This document shows positions 9,642 to 17,604 of a DNA stretch of 41,304 nt, piece after piece. Every line of letters begins with the position of its first letter. The stretch's first letter is position 1. Under the pieces are notes generated by a model that saw only the letters and a program-made list of their open reading frames with translations, made no database searches and was not told where the DNA came from. Position numbers and translations under genes: made by a program. Origin of the DNA: Candidatus Micrarchaeota archaeon. Its GTDB lineage: Archaea > Micrarchaeota > Micrarchaeia > Anstonellales > Bilamarchaeaceae. Where the stretch lies: contig JBBSVO010000013.1 in the NCBI GenBank assembly GCA_038046805.1, forward strand, positions 1 through 41,304, read 5' to 3'.

Positions 9642-10358
9642 ATGATAATTCAGATCGATCATATTGCTTTTTCATCAATGAATTTCGCGGAACATATCCG
9701 CATCCTCCAATCTCTCGGCTATTTGCTTAAGTTTTCATCAACCGGGAAAAAGAACATGGAAATAAAGCGTTCACTTCTAAGAGAATTCGGAGAATCACAC
9801 GATCTTGCACTCCTCACCCACGTGTCCAGCATTCCAATCGAATTGCTCAACCACGGCCACGTAAATACTTCTGAGGGATATATCTTTCCTTTATTTGACA
9901 ATGCACCGGACGAATTTCTCAAATCAATCGGGGTTGGTGCAGGCGTGTCGTCATATAATGGTTCGTTCCGGTTCAACAAATTCGTAGTGAAAACAAGCGA
10001 CGTCCGGAAAAGCGCTGATTTCTGGAAGAATTTTGGTTTTCGCGAAATATCGTGCGGTTCTGAAGCTGCGCTTCTCGAGTTTCGCTCTCCTTTAAGCAAG
10101 GTTTCCTGCACCATTTTCCTTAAGCACGACACCGCTGTCGAAAACCAGAAATATTTCCTTGACGATATGGGATTTAACTGCATTGCATTCATTTCAAACT
10201 CTGCGAAAAAAGAACGCGAGGCACTGATTAAAAACGGAATAAAAACAACAGAAATAGAACAATTCACTTCAAATAATACTCCGCTCAATGTTTTCTTTGC
10301 AATTGGGCCTGCCGGGGAAGTGGTTGAGATTATTGAGCCGCAGAAAGTAAAAAAGTAA
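9642..10358 (+). CDS. VOC/glyoxalase-fold protein (two-module)
   Basis: IDHIAF..., IPIELL, KSADFWKNFGF, FFAIGPAGEVVEII. Confidence 0.65.
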   Translation: MIIQIDHIAFSSMNFAEHIRILQSLGYLLKFSSTGKKNMEIKRSLLREFGESHDLALLTHVSSIPIELLNHGHVNTSEGYIFPLFDNAPDEFLKSIGVGAGVSSYNGSFRFNKFVVKTSDVRKSADFWKNFGFREISCGSEAALLEFRSPLSKVSCTIFLKHDTAVENQKYFLDDMGFNCIAFISNSAKKEREALIKNGIKTTEIEQFTSNNTPLNVFFAIGPAGEVVEIIEPQKVKK

Positions 10359-10367
10359 GGTGAATCT

Positions 10368-11066
10368 ATGGTCAAACCAGATTACGATGCAAAAAAGGAA
10401 TGGACGAATACGTTTATTGCCCAGAGCGAAATGGCGTATCCCGCGGAATGGGTTATTCGCATCTTCAAGGGCAGTTATCCAAAGCTTAATCTGGACAAAC
10501 CTTCTTTTAATGGAAAGAAAATCCTTGATATCAGCTGCGGAGATGGGTGCAACATGCCTTTGCTTGCGCGTTGCGGATTTGAGGTTTACGGAACAGAAAT
10601 AACCTCCGGGATTGCAGCCAAGACGATGTCAAACCTTGCTGCGGTTGGAGTGCATTCCGATATCAGGGTTGGAACAAACGACAATCTTCCATTTGAAAGC
10701 GAATTTTTTGATTATCTTTTGTCTTGGAACGCGTGCTATTACATGGGCGCATTACGGGATTTCGGAAAGCATGTTTCGGAATATTCCCGTGTCATGAGAC
10801 AGGACGGTTATTTAGTGATGTCAATCCCGAAGAAAACCTCGTTTATATTCAATGGAAGCGACCCTGCGCCAGAGGCAGGTTACAGGATAATCAGGAACGA
10901 CCCTTACAAAATCAGAAACGGGGAATCCTTGCGTGTTTTCGAAGACGAAAAAGAAATAGAAGAAACGTTTTCATCTCATTTCAAGGATTTCATGTTCGGA
11001 GATATCCACGATGATTGCTTTGGAAGGGAATATCATTGGCATATTGTAGTGTGCAAGAGGAAATGA
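10368..11066 (+). CDS. Class I SAM-dependent methyltransferase
   Basis: KILDISCGDG motif I, VYGTE, LPFESEFFDYL; GGTGA SD. Confidence 0.85.
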   Translation: MVKPDYDAKKEWTNTFIAQSEMAYPAEWVIRIFKGSYPKLNLDKPSFNGKKILDISCGDGCNMPLLARCGFEVYGTEITSGIAAKTMSNLAAVGVHSDIRVGTNDNLPFESEFFDYLLSWNACYYMGALRDFGKHVSEYSRVMRQDGYLVMSIPKKTSFIFNGSDPAPEAGYRIIRNDPYKIRNGESLRVFEDEKEIEETFSSHFKDFMFGDIHDDCFGREYHWHIVVCKRK

Positions 11067-11067
11067 A

Positions 11068-12408
11068 CTAATCTATCTTTTTTATCAACCCAACTTCCCC
11101 CAGCGCATCTGCCGCAGCCTTTATCTGCCTGAATTTCATTTTTGAGCGGATTGAGATATCAAGAAGGGAATTTTTTCCATCGGAAAGGTTCAAGACCCAG
11201 AACACCGCAAGCTCGTCGATTGCGTCTTTGTTTCCGCCATCTTTCTGTCCGCCGATCATTCGATAAAGCCCTCGCCGACCCAGTTGTGGCTCGCATTTGG
11301 GATTCTGATTAAGATAAGTCTTATTATTCTCAAGAATGAAAATTACGTCTAGGTATTTTGCGAGCGAGTCGCCGAGCGCATTTGGCTTTACAAAATCCAG
11401 ATTATCCGCCGAAGTATGATATTCCGGGAATTTCCCGTACATTGTTCGCATGAGCGACCCAATCGGCATGTCAAATGCAGGAGAGCAGAATTGCCTTTCA
11501 TCGCTTCCAGATGGGAAGAAATCCACAATTTCGTGCGGTTCTCCGGAATCAATAAGAACCTTCTCGGCTGCCTTATCTATGCTGGCATCTCCTTGCCTGC
11601 TTTTCTTATAAGTCATTTTTCCCGAATCTCCACAGCAGGTTGCAACAAGCCCATGTTTTATGTTTTTTATCTTTCCTTCGTTCAGACTCAACCATGTGAT
11701 TGCACCGATCGTTTCCGGGATAAAAATAAATCTATAAGAAAATTTATGTTTCCCGCCAAGCGCGATTATTTTTTTGGCAAGTTCGGTTGCCAACACGACT
11801 CCGCTCAGGTTATCATTGCAAAGTGATGGGTGGCAAAGATAGGTTGATATCAAAACCTCTTCCTCGCTCTGTCCCTTCACAAGAAGTTCCCCATACGTAA
11901 GGTTTCCGTCTTTTAGTTCGGAATCAATCACGACTTCATAATCTCTTTCTTTTCCTTCTCCACCCGCATCGTCCTTCACGAGCGTTTCATACTCTTTATG
12001 CGTAATGCAAAATCCCCAATTTTCTTTATAGTAAGAAGTAAGATACGGAATCCAGTCTGGATGCTGTGGAATGGTAAACAAATGTTCTTTTAACTCGGAA
12101 AATTTCATTTTTTTCTGCACAGGAACGCTATAATTCAAAACATGGATATTCAGTTTTTTGAATTCCGCGATTTTCTTTCCGTTTGGGCAGACGATATATG
12201 CATCCTTTATGTTCCATTCCTTTGGCACTGTCCAGTCAAACGCCTTTGTGCCTGTAGGAACTTCGTGAATCTCGATGGGTACGCTCTCTTTGATTATGCG
12301 CAGTGTTTCCCGCACTCCGTTTCCGGTTATGCTTCGGCATATCGGGTAAATCTTTTTCATGAGTTCATGCATGTAAACTCCATTCGCCATGTCCTCATTG
12401 GTTGCCAT
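11068..12408 (-). CDS. DUF4910 family protein (M28 aminopeptidase-like fold with C-terminal winged HTH)
   Basis: YPICRSITGNGVRETL, FDWTVPKEWNI, IPYLTSYY..NWGFC, STYLCHPS, PETIG, GSDERQF, EYHTSADN, CEPQLGRRGLY. Confidence 0.88.
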   Translation of the reverse strand: MATNEDMANGVYMHELMKKIYPICRSITGNGVRETLRIIKESVPIEIHEVPTGTKAFDWTVPKEWNIKDAYIVCPNGKKIAEFKKLNIHVLNYSVPVQKKMKFSELKEHLFTIPQHPDWIPYLTSYYKENWGFCITHKEYETLVKDDAGGEGKERDYEVVIDSELKDGNLTYGELLVKGQSEEEVLISTYLCHPSLCNDNLSGVVLATELAKKIIALGGKHKFSYRFIFIPETIGAITWLSLNEGKIKNIKHGLVATCCGDSGKMTYKKSRQGDASIDKAAEKVLIDSGEPHEIVDFFPSGSDERQFCSPAFDMPIGSLMRTMYGKFPEYHTSADNLDFVKPNALGDSLAKYLDVIFILENNKTYLNQNPKCEPQLGRRGLYRMIGGQKDGGNKDAIDELAVFWVLNLSDGKNSLLDISIRSKMKFRQIKAAADALGEVGLIKKID

Positions 12409-12410
12409 AG

Positions 12411-13226
12411 TTATTCCACCTTATCTCCCTTTATCAGAAACGCAGGATTTTTCAAAAGCTCACTTTGTATAAGCGTGACAACGTCTTCTGCCTTCATGCA
12501 TAGAACACTTCCCTTTCCAAGCTTAACAACCTTTGCAAGTCCCAGTTCTTTTGCCTTTTTGTCAAATTTAGTGAAATCTGCCTCGTTGTTCGACTTTGCA
12601 AGGTCATAAACATAATGATAGTATGTTCGGTCTTCTTCAATGCCGTTTACTATCGCCTTTCCCGGAAATCCCTTATCATATCTATAGGGGACTGTGATCT
12701 TCTTTTCCACGTAATGAATTAATGTTGAACCGGAATCAAAATTAAAATTGCAGATTTTTCCTCCAGCGCTCAGAAACTTTTCCCAGAACGAGTTTGGCCC
12801 AAAAGAATGTTCCGGCGCATTTTTGGTGAATTGTTCCGCATTTTTTCCAATCGCGGCAATCGAAAAGTTCGCATCATCGGAACGAATCGCTTCTGGATCT
12901 TTCCTCACCATTTCGGAAAAAAGACCGCAGACACTCGGAGTGGTTTTTTTGTCGTAGGGCTGCTTTTTGCAAAACGAATACGAAAATGCCGGAACTACGA
13001 GTGTTCCGCCATCGTTTCCATGGTCTCCGCTTTCGCCTTTCCCGCTGCCTATTACTTCAAATATCGCTTCCTTGAAAACTCTATAATAATCGTCCTGGTT
13101 CTTCGCCCCTTCTAACCGTCCAAAGAATCCGATATTGCTATGGATGAAGATACTGTCCCCTTTTGTTATTCCAACTTCCAGAAGTGCCTGTATAATGTCA
13201 TTTTTTGAATAGTCGCTTCCAGTCAT
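12411..13226 (-). CDS. AAC(3)/YokD family acyltransferase
   Basis: GITKGDSIFIHS, GTLVVPAFSYSF, G.FSE..R, S.AAIG, STLIHYVE...VPYRY.K. Confidence 0.85.
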   Translation of the reverse strand: MTGSDYSKNDIIQALLEVGITKGDSIFIHSNIGFFGRLEGAKNQDDYYRVFKEAIFEVIGSGKGESGDHGNDGGTLVVPAFSYSFCKKQPYDKKTTPSVCGLFSEMVRKDPEAIRSDDANFSIAAIGKNAEQFTKNAPEHSFGPNSFWEKFLSAGGKICNFNFDSGSTLIHYVEKKITVPYRYDKGFPGKAIVNGIEEDRTYYHYVYDLAKSNNEADFTKFDKKAKELGLAKVVKLGKGSVLCMKAEDVVTLIQSELLKNPAFLIKGDKVE

Positions 13227-13487
13227 CTATTTTCCCCCCAGCTTCCTTTGTATTATTTCCGCAAGCCCGTTTATGGTTGAAAACTCGCGGTTCTGGAATT
13301 CCTCGTTTGAAAACCGTATTCCAAATTCGTCCTCAATATCACTTACAAAACTTATGAATTTCAGGGAGTCTATCCATCCTTTCTCAAAATAGCTGACTGA
13401 TACTCCATTCCCAATTTCATCCTTCTTCATATCTGTATTCTTTTCAAACCATGAAATGAGCCATAACTTTATTTGTTGAGGTTCCAT
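13227..13487 (-). CDS. Acyl/aminoacyl carrier protein
   Basis: 86 aa acidic protein with GWIDSL (Ppant Ser), IEDEFGIRF and STINGLAEII. Confidence 0.85.
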   Translation of the reverse strand: MEPQQIKLWLISWFEKNTDMKKDEIGNGVSVSYFEKGWIDSLKFISFVSDIEDEFGIRFSNEEFQNREFSTINGLAEIIQRKLGGK

Positions 13488-13507
13488 TAGTTCATCCCCG
13501 TATAAGT

Positions 13508-14179
13508 CTATTTGAACAGGATTGCTCTTGCCGTGGATCCGTCCGCTCCTTTTATTTTAAGCGGAAGGGCAGCAATCGTCCATCCTTCGTATTCGGTTAC
13601 ATTTTCAAGATTCAAATATTCAACAAGTGCGATTCCGTTGCGCAGGAAGATTTTATGTATCGGGGAATCTTCCTCAGTGCCAAGAATCTCCCCGCTTAGT
13701 TTTATTCTGCTGTCATCAGGGGAAGCAGTGTCCAGTCCGACCATTTCCACTCCGCGCGCAACCAGGATCTCTGCCGCCTCCTTCGTGAAATAAGGATACC
13801 CAACATAAAATTTTTTCGTGTTCCAGTGCTTGCTCCAACCAAATTTGAATATGACTCTTTTTCCTATCTTCAATTTTTCAAGCATCTCTGCAGTTACTGC
13901 GGAATTTTCCATTTTTCCGAGTTCGCTAAAATCAATAATTGTTACCTCCCCGACTAATTTCTCAAGTGAAACCTTGTCTATACTGTTTCCACCTTTTACA
14001 AAATGAAGCGGGGCATCAACCTGTGTTCCAGTGTGCGTTCCGAATGTTATCTTGCGTGTTTCTCTTCCCTCAACGTCATGTCTTCCCATCTGCGTTATCG
14101 AAACAACCGGATGCCATGGCGCGCCGAATGTTAGCATGCCCTCTTCAATAAGATATGTAAGGTCAATTATCTTTTTCAT
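13508..14179 (-). CDS. Cyclase / kynurenine formamidase family metal-dependent hydrolase
   Basis: IIDLT, HTGTQVDAPLH, GLDTASPD, HKIFL..G..LVEYL, ALPLKIKGADGS.ARA. ATG 14179 follows GGTGAG. Confidence 0.85.
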   Translation of the reverse strand: MKKIIDLTYLIEEGMLTFGAPWHPVVSITQMGRHDVEGRETRKITFGTHTGTQVDAPLHFVKGGNSIDKVSLEKLVGEVTIIDFSELGKMENSAVTAEMLEKLKIGKRVIFKFGWSKHWNTKKFYVGYPYFTKEAAEILVARGVEMVGLDTASPDDSRIKLSGEILGTEEDSPIHKIFLRNGIALVEYLNLENVTEYEGWTIAALPLKIKGADGSTARAILFK

Positions 14180-14196
14180 AATCTCACCATGGTTTT

Positions 14197-15186
14197 TCAC
14201 TTCTTCTGCTCTGATGCCTTCATCCATTCAATTGTTTTCCTTATTCCGCTTTCCAGGCTTGTTTTTGCCTCCCACCCAAGAAGTTTTTTTGCCTTTGAAC
14301 TATCGCAGAGAAGTTTCATTATCTCAGCCTGTGGGTGATGGTGCGGAACATGTTTTATTTTGGACTTGTTGCCAACTGTTTCATTTACTATTTGGGCAAG
14401 GTCGTTTATTGATACGTCCTTTCCAGTGCCTGCGTTTATTATTTCTCCTACTGCTCTGTCGTTTTTTACTGCCATTGAAATAAACTCCGCGCAGTCTTCC
14501 ACATAAAGTAAATCTCTTGTTTGCTTTCCCTCACCAAAAATGTTAAGGTCTTGTTCGTCCAGTGCTCGTTTTATGAAAATGTTCACCACGCCGCCTTCCA
14601 TATTTGTTTTTTGGAAAGGACCGTATATATTGAATGGCCGAAGTACGACTACCGGAAGTCCAATTCCCCTATAATACGAAAGTGCAAGCTCCTCTGCCGC
14701 CATTTTAGAGCCGGCATATGGGGACGCAGGTTTTGTTGAATGCGTTTCTGAAATCGCAGTTCCGGATGCTGTACCAGCCGTGTCATAAACCATGCATGTT
14801 CCAACGAGAATAAGTTTTGTTTTTCTGCTGCCTTTCTGAGATTTTCTGCATTCCTCAAGCACATTATATGTTCCGACAACGTTGTCTTTGAACGCCTTTT
14901 CAGGGAAATCCAAAGATTCCTGGACGTTTATCTGCGCTGCGCAATGAATACATACGTCAGGTGCGAATGATGCGAATACCTTTTCAAGTTCATTGACATT
15001 TGTTATGTCTCCTCCAACAAAAACGAATTTTGAGTTGTAACTTTTATTTTTCATAAATTCAATAATGTTTTCTTCGCTTCCATTTGAAAGATTATCAAAT
15101 GCAGTTACACTATCTCCTTCATCAAGAAATCTTTTGACAACCCATCTTCCGAGAAATCCGGCACCGCCGGTTACAAGAACGCGCAT
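14197..15186 (-). CDS. NAD-dependent nucleotide-sugar epimerase/dehydratase
   Basis: VLVTGGAGFLG, PYAGSK (YxxxK), RPFNIYGP, TRDLLYVED. Confidence 0.92.
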   Translation of the reverse strand: MRVLVTGGAGFLGRWVVKRFLDEGDSVTAFDNLSNGSEENIIEFMKNKSYNSKFVFVGGDITNVNELEKVFASFAPDVCIHCAAQINVQESLDFPEKAFKDNVVGTYNVLEECRKSQKGSRKTKLILVGTCMVYDTAGTASGTAISETHSTKPASPYAGSKMAAEELALSYYRGIGLPVVVLRPFNIYGPFQKTNMEGGVVNIFIKRALDEQDLNIFGEGKQTRDLLYVEDCAEFISMAVKNDRAVGEIINAGTGKDVSINDLAQIVNETVGNKSKIKHVPHHHPQAEIMKLLCDSSKAKKLLGWEAKTSLESGIRKTIEWMKASEQKK

Positions 15187-15228
15187 TCAAATCACTCGAT
15201 TATCCAATTTATCTGCTAAAAGCTTCTT

Positions 15229-16269
15229 TCACTTCAGGAATCCGGTTTCCACAAGAAGTTTTTTTATCTCATCCATTGTCATCATCTTTTCATCTGAGGA
15301 ACGATAATTCGCATGCTTTGCCGGCTTTGTATTGGAATAGCGGGTTGTGTCAATGGAAAACAGGTCCTTAAGCGCTGGCGGAATCAAAATGAACATTTCA
15401 TTTGCCTCAAGCGCGCTTAGTGCTTCCTCCTCAGTCATCAATTCCTCGTACATTTTTTCCCCTGGAATTGCGCCTATGATTTTTTTCTTTATTTCCGCCG
15501 GTTTATGTGCAAATTTTCCGGCAATCTCCGAAATCATCACGTCTGCCAAATCATCTATTCTAAGGACAGGCATCTTAAGCACGAATACCTCTCCACCCTG
15601 TGCAATTTCTGTTGCCTTGAAAAGAAGCTTGAGCGTATGTTTTAATGTCATAACAAATCTGGTCATTTTAGTGTCAGTTATTGTTACCGGTCCGCCCTTT
15701 GCAATCTGTTTTTTAAATAGCGGAACAACAGAACCTCGGGAACCGAAAACATTTCCGAATCTCACGCTTGCAAATACGCACCTTCTGGAACCTTTGTAAT
15801 AATTGGCCGCGGTGACAAGTTTTTCCCCAAGTAATTTGGTAGTTCCCATCACATTAGATGGATGGGCTGCCTTATCGCTGCTTGTAAATACGAACTTCTC
15901 AACGTTCGCGTCAAGTGCGGTATCAAGTACATTCTGAAGTCCTACCACGTTGGTTTTTACTGCCTCAAAAGAATTATACTCACACGCAAGAACATGTTTC
16001 ATCGCCGCGCAATGGAATACGATATCAACGCCTTCAAACGCGCGCTTCATTCTATCCTTGTCCCGCACGTCCCCTATAAGGTATCTTACTCTATTACCCT
16101 CATCCAGTTTCCTGAAGGCATGCGCCATTTCAAATTCGCGGGTTTCGTCTATATCTAGTACCCGGATTGCCTTCGGATTCATTGGAAGAAGTTCCTTTAC
16201 AATCTCTCTTCCAACCGAACCGGTTCCTCCTGTGACAAGAATCGTCTTTCCTTCAAATATATTTGCCAT
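15229..16269 (-). CDS. pseB: UDP-GlcNAc 4,6-dehydratase (PseB/FlaA1/CapD family)
   Basis: ILVTGGTGSVG, GDVRD, HCAAMKHV, TSSDKA, MGTTK, VRFGNVFGSRGSVVP, MTRF, GEKMYEEL. Confidence 0.8.
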   Translation of the reverse strand: MANIFEGKTILVTGGTGSVGREIVKELLPMNPKAIRVLDIDETREFEMAHAFRKLDEGNRVRYLIGDVRDKDRMKRAFEGVDIVFHCAAMKHVLACEYNSFEAVKTNVVGLQNVLDTALDANVEKFVFTSSDKAAHPSNVMGTTKLLGEKLVTAANYYKGSRRCVFASVRFGNVFGSRGSVVPLFKKQIAKGGPVTITDTKMTRFVMTLKHTLKLLFKATEIAQGGEVFVLKMPVLRIDDLADVMISEIAGKFAHKPAEIKKKIIGAIPGEKMYEELMTEEEALSALEANEMFILIPPALKDLFSIDTTRYSNTKPAKHANYRSSDEKMMTMDEIKKLLVETGFLK

Positions 16270-16291
16270 AAATAGCCCTCAGAATACACAC

Positions 16292-16377
16292 TAACAAGGT
16301 GAGGCGACCCCGATATAATCGGGGCGCTGGTGCCACTAATGGTCAAACATCTGTGTGGCACTCGTCTCACCTTGTTA
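16292..16377. other. Three-way-junction palindromic element upstream of the pseB-like operon
   Basis: A 16 bp outer stem (16292-16307 / 16362-16377) encloses hairpins CCCCGAT/ATCGGGG and GTGCCAC/GTGGCAC. Confidence 0.75.
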
Positions 16378-16416
16378 CACGATTGATTATAATTTCTACG
16401 CATAAATATAAAATCC

Positions 16417-17550
16417 ATGCACATGGCAGTGGCAACTACGGCGCTTGAAGCCCGGGGCGGGGCAGAACGGGTAGTCCTGAAAATAGCCGAGCATTTTAAT
16501 GCCACGGTCTTTACTACCAGATATTCTCCAGAATGTACATACGAGGCTTTTGGAGACCTTGATATTCGCATTCTTAAAAGCCCGCTTCAGAAGCTTCCGA
16601 TTGGAAAGCGACTTTCCACAGGAATAGCTGCCGGAAGCACGTTTTATACCGCGAATTTACAGGAATATGGGGATTTTGACATTGTCAATGCGCACCAGAG
16701 CCCTTCCGAATGGTTGCGGAACAAAAACATCCCTATGGTCTGGTATTGCCACAGTCCTAATCGCGAGGCTTTTGACTTATATGAATGGCGCATGCGCAGG
16801 CGTGATCCCCTAAGAAAACTTGCATTCTGGACTGCGATAAGGGCATTCAGGCATTTTGAATTTCAGGTGGTCCCAAAAATCGAGTATATTTTCACGAACA
16901 GCAAGAATAGCAAAGGCAGGATAAAAAAATATCTTAATCGCGATGCTGAAATACTACATCCAGGAATAGAAGTCAGTAAGTTCCGCAGCGGGGAATATGG
17001 AAACTATTTCCTGTATCCAGGCAGAATAACTCCTGAAAAAGACATTGAATTTTCCATTTCCGCCTTTAAGAAACTGTGCGAACGCGTGAAAGGCCACAGG
17101 CTTATCATCGCAGGCGCGTTGTCCGACCGACCGGAACACATCGCATATTTTGATAAACTGAGAAAACTGGCAGCCGGTCTTCCGGTCGAATTCCAGACAA
17201 ACCTGAGCGAAGATGAGCTTATGGACCTTTATGCAGGCTCGCTTGCGGTTTTCTACACTCCAATCAACGAGGATTTTGGTCTTATTCCGCCAGAGGCAAT
17301 GGCAGCCGAAAAGCCATGTATTGCAAAGAATGAGGGCGGGCCGCGCGAAACGGTGATTGACGGAGTAGATGGTTTCCTTGTAAATAGTCCTGAGGAAATG
17401 GCGGACAGGATGGAATTTTTCATCCGCAATCCCGCGCTTGCAGAACAATTCGGAAAAAAAGGAAAAAAGAAGGTTGAGCGCGATTTCACATGGGAACATT
17501 TCCTGAAGAGATTCGAGGAAAAAGCAAAAGAGGTAATAAAAAATCCGTGA
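16417..17550 (+). CDS. GT4 family glycosyltransferase
   Basis: RGGAERV, YCHSP, NS, GRITPEK, EDFGLIPPEAMAA (EX7E), GGPRETV.DG..GFL. Confidence 0.92.
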   Translation: MHMAVATTALEARGGAERVVLKIAEHFNATVFTTRYSPECTYEAFGDLDIRILKSPLQKLPIGKRLSTGIAAGSTFYTANLQEYGDFDIVNAHQSPSEWLRNKNIPMVWYCHSPNREAFDLYEWRMRRRDPLRKLAFWTAIRAFRHFEFQVVPKIEYIFTNSKNSKGRIKKYLNRDAEILHPGIEVSKFRSGEYGNYFLYPGRITPEKDIEFSISAFKKLCERVKGHRLIIAGALSDRPEHIAYFDKLRKLAAGLPVEFQTNLSEDELMDLYAGSLAVFYTPINEDFGLIPPEAMAAEKPCIAKNEGGPRETVIDGVDGFLVNSPEEMADRMEFFIRNPALAEQFGKKGKKKVERDFTWEHFLKRFEEKAKEVIKNP

Positions 17551-17604
17551 AAATTTGCGGATTTTCCCAGCTTTTTCATAACTTGATAAAGAACGTGATG
17601 AAAA

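Noticed and set aside
12411..13226. Aminoglycoside resistance gene
   Set aside because: The AAC(3) fold is present, but the context (ACP, DUF4910, sugar pathway) points to a biosynthetic role
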